Below, piece after piece: positions 27,298 through 42,100 of a stretch of 64,000 nt of DNA. The stretch is from the NCBI GenBank assembly GCA_964016885.1, contig OZ024747.1:77128001-77192000 (forward strand), written 5' to 3'. The translations under genes were made by a program, and so were the position numbers. Position 1 is the first letter of the stretch, and every line of letters starts with the position of its first letter. Source of the DNA: Eledone cirrhosa (Eukaryota). Under the pieces are notes generated by a model. That model was not told where the DNA came from. It ran no database searches and was given only the letters and a program-made list of their open reading frames with translations.

Positions 27298-28394
27298 CTG
27301 TTATTGGTATATCTTCTTTGCAAAGATAATGGCTGAGAAATCCAGCTGTCTGTTGTGGCAGTCGGTCTTTTACAAGGAGGACGTTACAGCTCATAAATAA
27401 ATCATATCACAAATATAAAGGATTTCTCCCAGTTTCTATGATTCCGTTGATTTAATCCTTTAAAAAGAAAACAGAAAGGAAAAACAGAAAAGCAATTGAA
27501 GAAAGTTATAGAATGAATAAACACCTACTAGAGGAAAAATAGACGGCGAATGAACTGGCATACGCCTGGATCATTAGCATATCATTTTTCTGATATTTTC
27601 TGACCTTCCATCTTACAGAAACACCAAGCAACAAAACATAATTCGTGTGTAACACACACGTTGACAAAATGAATCAGATTAAATTTCCCCAAAACGTGTT
27701 GGAAAGAGAAGAGAGAAAAAAAATTATTGGAAAACGCCATGCGACTACCAAGGGAGATAATCGATTTATTGTTGGGATTTATTTTCATATATAGAACTCT
27801 TTCGGAGAGGAGGGGGGTTTGATTGTTGATGTCATTTGTTTATCTTTCATGATATTTTCGTTGCTTCAGTATATTTATTTTAAATATTCTTTCCCCATTT
27901 TCGTTATATTTAAGATAGGCTAACGGTTAAAATGAAAATTGGCTTGGCGAAAGAAATGAAACGAACATTAATTCTCCCTGTTTTCATTTTATTTTAAATA
28001 CATATTTAATTTCAAATATGTATTTTTTTTTTAATCATTCAATCATTCGCTTGAATAAATCATTTCTTATTGTTATTTTAAATTTAGGTTCATTTATATT
28101 TTGTATCTAAATCTATTTCGATCTGACAATATGGCGATGCGTTTTGTAATTTTTTTAACAAAGCAAATCTTTTAGACAAACAGTAAGAATAAAAATAAAC
28201 ATAACCAACAAAGAAAATAAAGTAAAATAATATAAGTAAAATAAAATAATATCTATAAATTAAATGTAAATATATTTAACAAAGAAGTTGAATAAATATC
28301 TAAAAGAAAAAAAAATATTAAAAAAATATTTAAATAAATGAATTTAAACCAGTGATATAAATTAACCAGCATATATGTAAGAGTACATAGGTCA

Positions 28395-28410
28395 TATATG
28401 TATAAGTATG

Positions 28411-28453
<43 letters not shown>

Positions 28454-28582
28454 GTATGTATATATATATGTATATATATATATACATATATATACATACA
28501 TATATATATGTATGTATAGATGTGTATATATATATATATACATATATATATACATACATATATATATACATATATGTATGTG

Positions 28583-28649
<67 letters not shown>

Positions 28650-28693
28650 GTATATATATATGTGTATATATGTATGTGAGTGTAATACATATC

Positions 28694-28746
<53 letters not shown>

Positions 28747-28778
28747 TGTAATATATATATAGTATATATATATACACA

Positions 28779-28810
<32 letters not shown>

Positions 28811-29034
28811 GCACACACACATGTTTACGTATATGTTTGCTTGTTTGTGAGCGCATGTTTATGCATGTGCATGTGAATATGCATATGTGTGCATGTGTAT
28901 GTATGTGTATGTATGTGTATGTATGTGTGTGTAGTGAGAGAGATAGAGAGAGAGCGAGAGAGAGAGAGAAAGGGCCAGAGAGAGAGTCACAGAGAGAGTC
29001 ACAGAGAGAGGAAGAGAGAGAGAGAGAGAGAGAG
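28395..29034. repeat. (CA)n/(TA)n/(GA)n microsatellite field
   Basis: Direct inspection. Confidence 0.9.
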
Positions 29035-29316
29035 TTAAGTATTGTGGAAGGAGTAAAAAAGAGGTAAGAGAGAACAGAAGACGATCAATAGCTGTTGAGA
29101 CGTAAAGCTGCTAAGATCAATATAAAAGAATATATGAAAAGTGAATAATTAGCCAAAGTGGATAATCTTCCATGACTGTTTGCAAATGGGAATTTACTCA
29201 TGGAGCAATTCCTGCCGCTTTTATTAAGAAATTAGCTAACTCCAACCATACAGTCAATAATTTTTACTGAATTCTTCCCCAAAAAAGGTTTATTATGAAA
29301 GAAGAAAATTAAAGAC

Positions 29317-29350
<34 letters not shown>

Positions 29351-29479
29351 CTTTGTTTGTATATGTCTGTGTGTGTGTTTGTGATGCTGTATGTCTATGT
29401 GTGTGTTTGTGTTTCTTTATTGATTTACAATGTTGACATCAATTATTAAAAATAAAACTGTTTATACGAGTAGCATATA

Positions 29480-29529
<50 letters not shown>

Positions 29530-29606
29530 GTATATATATATATATAAAGGTTAAACATGACTGAATTTTAACCATCTACTTAGTCAAGGTATGTCAAGCA
29601 TCATCT

Positions 29607-29673
29607 TATTTTATCTGATGAGGACGTACTGTTGGAGATAGCTCAGTACCTCTGAAATATGTATAATAAAATA
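29607..29673 (+). ncRNA. Type I hammerhead in a solo insert (29548-29718) between (TA)n tracts
   Basis: TATTTTAT CTGATGA GGACGTACTG ttggagatagct CAGTACCTCT GAAA TATGTAT A ATAAAATA. Differs from the 25669 copy mainly in the stem II loop. Confidence 0.82.
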
Positions 29674-29809
29674 TACTTGATCACACGAATGTCTATATTT
29701 GTTAATATTTTGAATTAATATATATATATATATATATATATATTAATTACTGTGTTACTACTTATATAAATATATATATAAGTAGTAACACAACAGTTAG
29801 TTCACCATA

Positions 29810-29850
29810 CCGAGAACAATTGTTTCACCTTATGCATATCTTCAGCTCGG
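29810..29850 (-). ncRNA. Minimal type I hammerhead
   Basis: Minus strand: CCGAG CTGAAGA TATGCATAAGGT GAAA CAATTG TTC TCGG, palindromic AACAATTGTT stem III; stem II pairing is weak. Confidence 0.65.
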
Positions 29851-29861
29851 ACTGGTCATGG

Positions 29862-29957
<96 letters not shown>

Positions 29958-30143
29958 TAACTGTTTGGTACTGGTGTTAAATATTTGATATTGGATACAC
30001 TTCGTAACTTAACGGTTCAACAGAGGGAGATGGATAAAATGCGTGCCAGACGTTTGAACACATAGGTACTGGGGTTGATATAATCAACAAGACCATGACT
30101 GAGACCAGTAAACCAATAAAAACGAAAGAGTATTTCTTACAAC

Positions 30144-33100
30144 TATATTAGGGGTAGATATTTCATATTAGGGGTAGATTATATTAAGGGTAGGTATTTC
30201 ATATTAGTGGTAGGTATTTTATATTAGTGGTAGATATTTTATATTAGGGGTAGATATTTTATAATAGTGGTAGATATTTTATATTAATGGTAGATATTTT
30301 ATATTAGGGGTAGATATTTTATATTAATGGTAGATATTTTATATTAGGGGTAGATATTTTATATTAGTGGTAGGTATTTTATACTAGTGGTAGGTATTTT
30401 ATATTAGTGGTAGGTATTTTATATTAGTGGTAGATATTTTATATTAGTGGTAGGTATTTCATATTAGTGGTAGATATTTTATATTAGTGCTAGGTATTTT
30501 ATATTAGGGGTAGATATTTTATAATAGTGCTAGATATTTTATATTAGTGGTAGGTATTTTATATTAGTGCTAGGTATTTTATATTAGTGCTAGGTATTTT
30601 ATATTACTGGTAGGTATTTTATATTAGTGCTAGGTATTTTATATTAGTGCTAGGTATTTTATATTACTGGTAGATATTTTATAATAGTGGTAGATATTTT
30701 ATATTAATGGTAGATATTTTATATTAGTGGTAGATATTTTATAATAGTGGTAGATATTTTATATTAGTGCTAGGTATTTTATACTAGGGGTAGGTATTTT
30801 ATATTAGTGGTAGGTATTTCATATTAGTGGTAGATATTTTATATTAGTGGTAGATATTTAATAATAGTGGTAGGTATTTTATATTAGTGCTAGGTATTTT
30901 ATATTAGTGCTAGGTATTTTATATTACTGGTAGATATTTTATAATAGTGGTAGATATTTTATATTAATGGTAGATATTTTATATTAGTGGTAGATATTTT
31001 ATAATAGTGGTAGATATTTTATATTAATGGTAGATATTTTATATTAGTGGTAGGTATTTTATATTACTGGTAGGTATTTTATATTAGTGCTAGATATTTT
31101 ATAATAGTGGTAGATATTTTATATTAGTGGTAGGTATTTTATATTAGTGGTAGGTATTTTATATTAGTGGTAGATATTTTATATTAGTGGTAGGTATTTT
31201 ATATTAGTGGTAGATATTTTATATTAGTGCTAGGTATTTTATATTAGTGCTAGGTATTTTATATTAGTGGTAGATATTTTATATTAGTGGTAGGTATTTT
31301 ATATTAGTGGTAGGTATTTTATATTAGTGCTAGGTATTTTATATTAGTGCTAGGTATTTTATATTAGTGGGAGGTATTTTATATTAGTGGTAGGTATTTT
31401 ATATTAGTGCTAGGTATTTTATATTAGTGCTAGGTATTTTATATTAGTGGGAGGTATTTTATATTAGTGCTAGGTATTTTATATTAGGAGTAGGTATTTT
31501 ATATTAGTGCTAGGTATTTTATATTAGTGCTAGGTATTTTATATTAGTGGTAGGTATTTTATATTAGTGCTAGGTATTTTATATTAGTGCTAGGTATTTT
31601 ATATTAGTGCTAGGTATTTTATATTAGTGGTAGGTATTTTATATTAGTGCTGGGTATTTTATATTAGTGGTAGGTATTTTATATTAGTGCTAGGTATTTT
31701 ATATTAGTGGTAGGTATTTTATATTAGTGGTAGTTATTTTATATTAGGGGTAGATATTTTATATTAGGGGTAGATATTTTATATTAGGGGTAGATTATAT
31801 TAAGGGTAGGTATTTCATATTAGTGGTAGGTATTTTATATTAGGGGTAGGTATTTTATATTAGTGCTAGGTATTTTATATTAGTGGTAGATATTTTATAT
31901 TAGGGGTAGATATTTTATATTAGTGGTAGGTATTTTATAATAGTGGTAGGTATTTTATATTAGTGGTAGATATTTTATAATAGTGGTAGGTATTTTATAT
32001 TAGTGCTAGGTATTTTATATTAGTGGTAGATATTTTATATTAGTGGTAGGTATTTTATATTAGTGGTAGATATTATATATTAGTGGTAGGTATTTTATAT
32101 TACTGGTAGGTATTTTATATTAGTGGTAAGTATTTAATATTAGTGGTAGGTATTTTATATTAGGGGTAGATATTTTATATTAGTGGTAGGTATTTTATAC
32201 TAGGGGTAGGTATTTTATATTAGTGGTAGGTATTTCATATTAGTGGTAGATATTTTATATTAGTGGTAGATATTTTATAATAGTGGTAGATATTTTATAT
32301 TAGTGGTAGGTATTTTATATTAGTGGTAGATATTATATATTAGTGGTAGGTATTTTATATTAGTGCTAGGTATTTTATATTAGTGGTAGGTATTATATAT
32401 TAGTGGTAGGTATTTTATATTAGTGGTAGGTATTTTATATTAGTGGTAGATATTATATATTAGTGGTAGGTATTTTATATTAGTGGTAGGTATTTTATAT
32501 TAGTGGTAGGTATTATATATTAGTGGTAGGTATTTTATATTAGTGCTAGGTATTTTATATTAGTGGTAGGTATTTTATATTAGTGGTAGGTATTTTATAT
32601 TAGTGGTAGGTATTTTATATTAGTGCTAGATATTTTATAATAGTGGTAGATATTTTATATTAGTGGTAGGTATTTTATATTAGTGGTAGGTATTTTATAT
32701 TAGTGGTAGATATTTTATATTAGTGCTAGGTATTTTATATTAGTGCTAGGTATTTTATATTAGTGGTAGATATTTTATATTAGTAGTAGGTATTTTATAT
32801 TAGTGGTAGGTATTTTATATTAGTGCTAGGTATTTTATATTAGTGCTAGGTATTTTATATTAGTGGTAGATATTTTATATTAGTGGTAGGTATTTTATAT
32901 TAGTGGTAGATATTTTATATTACTGCTAGGTATTTTATATTAGTGGTAGGTATTTTATATTAGTGGTAGGTATTTTATATTAGTGGTAGATATTTTATAT
33001 TAGTGCTAGGTATTTTATATTAGTGGTAGGTATTTTATATTAGTGGTAGGTATTTTATATTAGTGGTAGGTATTTTATATTAGTGGTAGGTATTTTATAT

Positions 33101-36100
33101 TAGTGGTAGGTATTTTATATTAGTGGTAGGTATTTTATATTAGTGCTAGGTATTTTATATTAGTGCTAGGTATTTTATATTAGTGGTAGGTATTTTATAT
33201 TAGTGGTAGGTATTTTATATTAGTGGTAGGTATTTTATATTAGTGGTAGGTATTTTATATTAGTGGTAGGTATTTTATATTAGTGGTAGGTATTTTATAT
33301 TAGTGGTAGGTATTTTATATTAGTGGTAGGTATTTTATATTAGTGGTAGGTATTTTATATTAGTGGTAGGTATTTTATATTAGTGGTAGGTATTTTATAT
33401 TAGTGCTAGGTATTTTATATTAGTGCTAGGTATTTTATATTAGTGGTAGGTATTTTATATTAGTGGTAGGTATTTTATATTAGTGGTAGGTATTTTATAT
33501 TAGTGGTAGGTATTTTATATTAGTGGTAGGTATTTTATATTAGTGGTAGGTATTTTATATTAGTGGTAGGTATTTTATATTAGTGCTAGGTATTTTATAT
33601 TAGTGCTAGGTATTTTATATTAGTGGTAGGTATTTTATATTAGTGGTAGATATTTTATATTAGTGGTAGATATTTTATATTAATGGTAGGTATTTTATAT
33701 TAGTGCTAGGTATTTTATATTAGTGCTAGGTATTTTATATTAGTGGTAGGTATTTTATATTAGTGCTGGGTATTTTATATTAGTGGTAGGTATTTTATAT
33801 TAGTGGTAGGTATTTTATATTAGTGGTAGGTATTTTATATTAGTGGTAGGTATTTTATATTAGTGCTAGGTATTTTATATTAGTGCTAGGTATTTTATAT
33901 TAGTGCTAGGTATTTTATATTAGTGGTAGGTATTTTATATTAGTGCTGGGTATTTTATATTAGTGGTAGGTATTTTATATTAGTGGTAGGTATTTTATAT
34001 TAGTGGTAGGTATTTTATATTAGTGGTAGTTATTTTATATTAGGGGTAGATATTTTATATTAGGGGTAGATATTTTATATTAGGGGTAGATTATATTAAG
34101 GGTAGGTATTTCATATTAGTGGTAGGTATTTTATATTAGGGGTAGGTATTTTATATTAGTGGTAGGTATTTTATATTAGTGGTAGATATTTTATATTAGT
34201 GGTAGGTATTTTATATTAGTAGTAGGTGTTTTATATTAGTGCTAGGTATTTTATATTAGTGCTAGGTATTTTATATTAGTGGTAGGTATTTTATATTAGT
34301 GCTGGGTATTTTATATTAGTGGTAGGTATTTTATATTAGTGGTAGGTATTTTATATTAGTGCTAGGTATTTTATATTAGTGGTAGTTATTTTATATTAGG
34401 GGTAGATATTTTATATTAGGGGTAGATTATATTAAGGGTAGGTATTTCATATTAGTGGTAGATATTTCATATTAGGGGTAGATATTTTATATTAGGGGTA
34501 GATTATATTAAGGGTAGGTATTTCATATTAGTGGTAGATATTTCATATTAGTGGTAGATATTTTATATTAAGGGTAGATATTTTATATTAGGGGTAGATT
34601 ATATTAAGGGTAGGTAATTCATATTAGTGGTAGATATTTTATATTAGTGGTAGGTATTTCATATTAGTGGTAGATATTTCATATTAGTGGTAGGTATTTC
34701 ATATTAGTGGTAGGTATTTTATATTAGTGGTAGGTATTTTATATTAGTGCTAGGTATTTTATATTAGTGGTAGGTATTTTATATTAGTGGTAGGTATTTT
34801 ATATTGGTGGTAGATAATTTATATTAGTGCTAGGTATTTTATATTAGTGCTAGGTATTTTATATTAGTGGTACATATTTTATATTAGTGCTAGGTATTTT
34901 ATATTAGTCCTAGTTATTTTATATTAGTGCTAGGTATTATATATTAGTGGTAGGTATTTTATATTAGTGCTAGTTATTTTATATTAGTGCTAGGTATTTT
35001 ATATTAGTGGTAGATATTTTATATTAGTGCTAGGTATTTTATATTAGTGCTAGGTATTTTATATTAGTCGTAGATATGTTATATTAGTGCTAGGTATTTT
35101 ATATTAGTGGTAGATATTTTATATTAGTGGTAGGTATTATATATTAGTGGTAGGTATTTTATATTAGTGCTAGGTATTTTATATTAGTGGTAGGTATTTT
35201 ATATTAGTGGTAGGTATTTTATATTATTTCTAGGTATTTTATATTAGTGGTAGATATTTTATATTAGTGGTAGATATTTTATATTAGTGGTAGGTATTTC
35301 ATATTAGGGGTAGATATTTTATATTAGTGCTAGGTATTTCATATTAGGGGTAGATATTTTATATTAGTGCTAGGTATTTTATATGAGGAGTAGATATTTT
35401 ATATTAGGGGTAGATTATATTAAGGGTAGGTATTTCATATTAGTGGTAGATATTTCATATTAGTGGTAGATATTTTAGATTAGGGGTAGATATTTTATAT
35501 TAGGGGTAGATTATATTAAGGGTAGGTATTTCATATTAGTGGTAGATATTTTATATTAGTGGTAGGTATTTCATATTAGTGGTAGATATTTCATATTAGT
35601 GGTAGGTATTTCATATTAGTGGCAGGTATTTTATATTAGTGCTAGGTATTTTATATTAGTGGTAGGTATTTTATATTAGTGCTACGTATTTTATATTAGT
35701 GGTAGATATTTTATATTAGTGCTAGGTATTTTATATTAGGGGTAGATATTTTATATTAGTGGTAGATATTTTATATTAGGGGTAGATATTTTATATTGGG
35801 GGTAGATTATATTAAGGGTAAGTATTTCATATTAGTGGTAGATATTTTATATTAGGAGTAGATATTTTATATTAGGGGTAGATTATATTAAGGGTAGGTA
35901 TTTCATATTAGTGGTAGATATTTCATATTAGTGGTAGGTATTTCATATTAGTGGTAGGTATTTTATATTAGTGGTAGGTATTTTATATTAGTGGTAGATA
36001 TTTTAGATTAGGGGTAGATATTTTGTATTAGGGGTAGATTATATTAAGGGTAGGTATTTCATATTAGTGGTAGATATTTCATATTAGTGGTAGGTATTTC

Positions 36101-39100
36101 ATATTAGTGGTAGGTATTTTATATTAGTGCTAGGTATTTTATATTAGTGGTAGGTATTTTATATTAGTGGTAGGTATTTTATATTGGTGGTAGATAATTT
36201 ATATTAGTGCTAGGTATTTTATATTAGTGCTAGGTATTTTATATTAGTGGTAGATATTTTATATTAGTGCTAGGTATTTTATATTAGTCCTAGGTATTTT
36301 ATATTAGTGCTAGGTATTATATATTAGTGGTAGGTATTTTATATTAGTGCTAGGTATTTTATATTAGTGCTAGGTATTTTATATTAGTGGTAGATATTTT
36401 ATATTAGTGCTAGGTATTTTATATTAGTGGTAGGTATTTTATATTAGTGCTAGGTATTTTATATTAGTGCTAGGTATTTTATATTAGTGGTAGGTATTTT
36501 ATATTAGTGGTAGATATTTTATATTAGTGGTAGGTATTTTATATTAGTGGTAGATATTTTATATTAGTGCTAGGTATTTTATATTAGTGCTAGGTATTTT
36601 ATATTAGTGGTAGGTATTTTATATTAGTGGTAGATATTTTATATTAGTGGTAGGTATTTTATATTAGTGGTAGATATTTTATATTAGTGCTAGGTATTTT
36701 ATATTAGTGGTAGGTATTTTATATTAGTGCTAGGTATTTTATATTAGTGGTAGGTATTTTATATTAGTGGTAGGTATTTTATATTGTTGGTAGATAATTT
36801 ATATTAGTGCTAGGTATTTTATATTAGTGCTAGGTATTTTATATTAGTGGTAGATATTTTATATTAGTGCTAGGTATTTTATATTAGTCCTAGGTATTTT
36901 ATATTAGTGCTAGGTATTATATATTAGTGGTAGGTATTTTATATTAGTGCTAGGTATTTTATATTAGTGCTAGGTATTTTATATTAGTGGTAGATATTTT
37001 ATATTAGTGCTAGGTATTTTATATTAGTGCTAGGTATTTTATATTAGTACTAGGTATTTTATATTAGTGCTAGGTATTTTATATTAGTGGTAGGTATTTT
37101 ATATTAGTGCTGGGTATTTTATATTAGTGGTAGGTATTTTATATTAGTGGTAGGTATTTTATATTAGTGGTAGGTATTTTATATAGTGGTAGTTATTTTA
37201 TATTAGGGGTAGATATTTTATATTAGGGGTAGATATTTTATATTAGGGGTAGATTATATTAAGGGTAGGTATTTCATATTAGTGGTAGGTATTTTATATT
37301 AGGGGTAGGTATTTTATATTAGTGGTAGGTATTTTATATTAGTGGTAGATATTTTATATTAGTGGTAGGTATTTTATATTAGTGGTAGGTATTTTATATT
37401 AGTGGTAGGTATTTTATATTAGTGGTAGATGTTTTATATTAGTGCTAGGTATTTTATATTAGTGCTAGGTATTTTATATTAGTGGTAGGTATTTTATATT
37501 AGTGCTGGGTATTTTATATTAGTGGTAGGTATTTTATATTAGTGGTAGGTATTTTATATTAGTGCTAGGTATTTTATATTAGTGGTAGTTATTTTATATT
37601 AGGGGTAGATATTTTATATTAGGGGTAGATTATATTAAGGGTAGGTATTTCATATTAGTGGTAGATATTTCATATTAGGGGTAGATATTTTATATTAGGG
37701 GTAGATTATATTAAGGGTAGGTATTTCATATTAGTGGTAGATATTTCATATTAGTGGTAGATATTTTATATTAAGGGTAGATATTTTATATTAGGGGTAG
37801 ATTATATTAAGGGTAGGTAATTCATATTAGTGGTAGATATTTTATATTAGTGGTAGGTATTTCATATTAGTGGTAGATATTTCATATTAGTGGTAGGTAT
37901 TTTATATTAGTGGTAGATATTATATATTAGTGGTAGGTATTTTATATTAGTGCTAGGTATTTTATATTAGTGGTAGGTATTATATATTAGTGGTAGGTAT
38001 TTTATATTAGTGGTAGGTATTTTATATTAGTGGTAGATATTATATATTAGTGGTAGGTATTTTATATTAGTGGTAGGTATTTTATATTAGTGGTAGGTAT
38101 TATATATTAGTGGTAGGTATTTTATATTAGTGCTAGGTATTTTATATTAGTGGTAGGTATTTTATATTAGTGGTAGGTATTTTATATTAGTGGTAGGTAT
38201 TTTATATTAGTGCTAGATATTTTATAATAGTGGTAGATATTTTATATTAGTGGTAGGTATTTTATATTAGTGGTAGGTATTTTATATTAGTGGTAGATAT
38301 TTTATATTAGTGCTAGGTATTTTATATTAGTGCTAGGTATTTTATATTAGTGGTAGATATTTTATATTAGTAGTAGGTATTTTATATTAGTGGTAGGTAT
38401 TTTATATTAGTGCTAGGTATTTTATATTAGTGCTAGGTATTTTATATTAGTGGTAGATATTTTATATTAGTGGTAGGTATTTTATATTAGTGGTAGATAT
38501 TTTATATTACTGCTAGGTATTTTATATTAGTGGTAGGTATTTTATATTAGTGGTAGGTATTTTATATTAGTGGTAGATATTTTATATTAGTGCTAGGTAT
38601 TTTATATTAGTGGTAGGTATTTTATATTAGTGGTAGGTATTTTATATTAGTGGTAGGTATTTTATATTAGTGGTAGGTATTTTATATTAGTGGTAGGTAT
38701 TTTATATTAGTGGTAGGTATTTTATATTAGTGCTAGGTATTTTATATTAGTGCTAGGTATTTTATATTAGTGGTAGGTATTTTATATTAGTGGTAGGTAT
38801 TTTATATTAGTGGTAGGTATTTTATATTAGTGGTAGGTATTTTATATTAGTGGTAGGTATTTTATATTAGTGGTAGGTATTTTATATTAGTGGTAGGTAT
38901 TTTATATTAGTGGTAGGTATTTTATATTAGTGGTAGGTATTTTATATTAGTGGTAGGTATTTTATATTAGTGCTAGGTATTTTATATTAGTGCTAGGTAT
39001 TTTATATTAGTGGTAGGTATTTTATATTAGTGGTAGGTATTTTATATTAGTGGTAGGTATTTTATATTAGTGGTAGGTATTTTATATTAGTGGTAGGTAT

Positions 39101-42100
39101 TTTATATTAGTGGTAGGTATTTTATATTAGTGGTAGGTATTTTATATTAGTGCTAGGTATTTTATATTAGTGCTAGGTATTTTATATTAGTGGTAGGTAT
39201 TTTATATTAGTGGTAGATATTTTATATTAGTGGTAGATATTTTATATTAATGGTAGGTATTTTATATTAGTGCTAGGTATTTTATATTAGTGCTAGGTAT
39301 TTTATATTAGTGGTAGGTATTTTATATTAGTGCTGGGTATTTTATATTAGTGGTAGGTATTTTATATTAGTGGTAGGTATTTTATATTAGTGGTAGGTAT
39401 TTTATATTAGTGCTAGGTATTTTATATTAGTGCTAGGTATTTTATATTAGTGCTAGGTATTTTATATTAGTGGTAGGTATTTTATATTAGTGCTGGGTAT
39501 TTTATATTAGTGGTAGGTATTTTATATTAGTGGTAGGTATTTTATATTAGTGGTAGGTATTTTATATTAGTGGTAGTTATTTTATATTAGGGGTAGATAT
39601 TTTATATTAGGGGTAGATATTTTATATTAGGGGTAGATTATATTAAGGGTAGGTATTTCATATTAGTGGTAGGTATTTTATATTAGGGGTAGGTATTTTA
39701 TATTAGTGGTAGGTATTTTATATTAGTGGTAGATATTTTATATTAGTGGTAGGTATTTTATATTAGTAGTAGGTGTTTTATATTAGTGCTAGGTATTTTA
39801 TATTAGTGCTAGGTATTTTATATTAGTGGTAGGTATTTTATATTAGTGCTGGGTATTTTATATTAGTGGTAGGTATTTTATATTAGTGGTAGGTATTTTA
39901 TATTAGTGCTAGGTATTTTATATTAGTGGTAGTTATTTTATATTAGGGGTAGATATTTTATATTAGGGGTAGATTATATTAAGGGTAGGTATTTCATATT
40001 AGTGGTAGATATTTCATATTAGGGGTAGATATTTTATATTAGGGGTAGATTATATTAAGGGTAGGTATTTCATATTAGTGGTAGATATTTCATATTAGTG
40101 GTAGATATTTTATATTAAGGGTAGATATTTTATATTAGGGGTAGATTATATTAAGGGTAGGTAATTCATATTAGTGGTAGATATTTTATATTAGTGGTAG
40201 GTATTTCATATTAGTGGTAGATATTTCATATTAGTGGTAGGTATTTCATATTAGTGGTAGGTATTTTATATTAGTGGTAGGTATTTTATATTAGTGCTAG
40301 GTATTTTATATTAGTGGTAGGTATTTTATATTAGTGGTAGGTATTTTATATTGGTGGTAGATAATTTATATTAGTGCTAGGTATTTTATATTAGTGCTAG
40401 GTATTTTATATTAGTGGTACATATTTTATATTAGTGCTAGGTATTTTATATTAGTCCTAGTTATTTTATATTAGTGCTAGGTATTATATATTAGTGGTAG
40501 GTATTTTATATTAGTGCTAGGTATTTTATATTAGTGGTAGGTATTTTATATTAGTGGTAGGTATTTTATATTATTTCTAGGTATTTTATATTAGTGGTAG
40601 ATATTTTATATTAGTGGTAGATATTTTATATTAGTGGTAGGTATTTCATATTAGGGGTAGATATTTTATATTAGTGCTAGGTATTTCATATTAGGGGTAG
40701 ATATTTTATATTAGTGCTAGGTATTTTATATGAGGAGTAGATATTTTATATTAGGGGTAGATTATATTAAGGGTAGGTATTTCATATTAGTGGTAGATAT
40801 TTCATATTAGTGGTAGATATTTTAGATTAGGGGTAGATATTTTATATTAGGGGTAGATTATATTAAGGGTAGGTATTTCATATTAGTGGTAGATATTTTA
40901 TATTAGTGGTAGGTATTTCATATTAGTGGTAGATATTTCATATTAGTGGTAGGTATTTCATATTAGTGGCAGGTATTTTATATTAGTGCTAGGTATTTTA
41001 TATTAGTGGTAGGTATTTTATATTAGTGCTACGTATTTTATATTAGTGGTAGATATTTTATATTAGTGCTAGGTATTTTATATTAGGGGTAGATATTTTA
41101 TATTAGTGGTAGATATTTTATATTAGGGGTAGATATTTTATATTGGGGGTAGATTATATTAAGGGTAAGTATTTCATATTAGTGGTAGATATTTTATATT
41201 AGGAGTAGATATTTTATATTAGGGGTAGATTATATTAAGGGTAGGTATTTCATATTAGTGGTAGATATTTCATATTAGTGGTAGGTATTTCATATTAGTG
41301 GTAGGTATTTTATATTAGTGGTAGGTATTTTATATTAGTGGTAGATATTTTAGATTAGGGGTAGATATTTTATATTAGGGGTAGATTATATTAAGGGTAG
41401 GTATTTCATATTAGTGGTAGATATTTCATATTAGTGGTAGGTATTTCATATTAGTGGTAGGTATTTTATATTAGTGCTAGGTATTTTATATTAGTGGTAG
41501 GTATTTTATATTAGTGGTAGGTATTTTATATTGGTGGTAGATAATTTATATTAGTGCTAGGTATTTTATATTAGTGCTAGGTATTTTATATTAGTGGTAG
41601 ATATTTTATATTAGTGCTAGGTATTTTATATTAGTCCTAGGTATTTTATATTAGTGCTAGGTATTATATATTAGTGGTAGGTATTTTATATTAGTGCTAG
41701 GTATTTTATATTAGTGCTAGGTATTTTATATTAGTGGTAGATATTTTATATTAGTGCTAGGTATTTTATATTAGTGGTAGGTATTTTATATTAGTGCTAG
41801 GTATTTTATATTAGTGCTAGGTATTTTATATTAGTGGTAGGTATTTTATATTAGTGGTAGATATTTTATATTAGTGGTAGGTATTTTATATTAGTGGTAG
41901 ATATTTTATATTAGTGCTAGGTATTTTATATTAGTGCTAGTTATTTTATATTAGTGGTAGGTATTTTATATTAGTGGTAGATATTTTATATTAGTGGTAG
42001 GTATTTTATATTAGTGGTAGATATTTTATATTAGTGCTAGGTATTTTATATTAGTGGTAGGTATTTTATATTAGTGCTAGGTATTTCATATTAGTGGTAG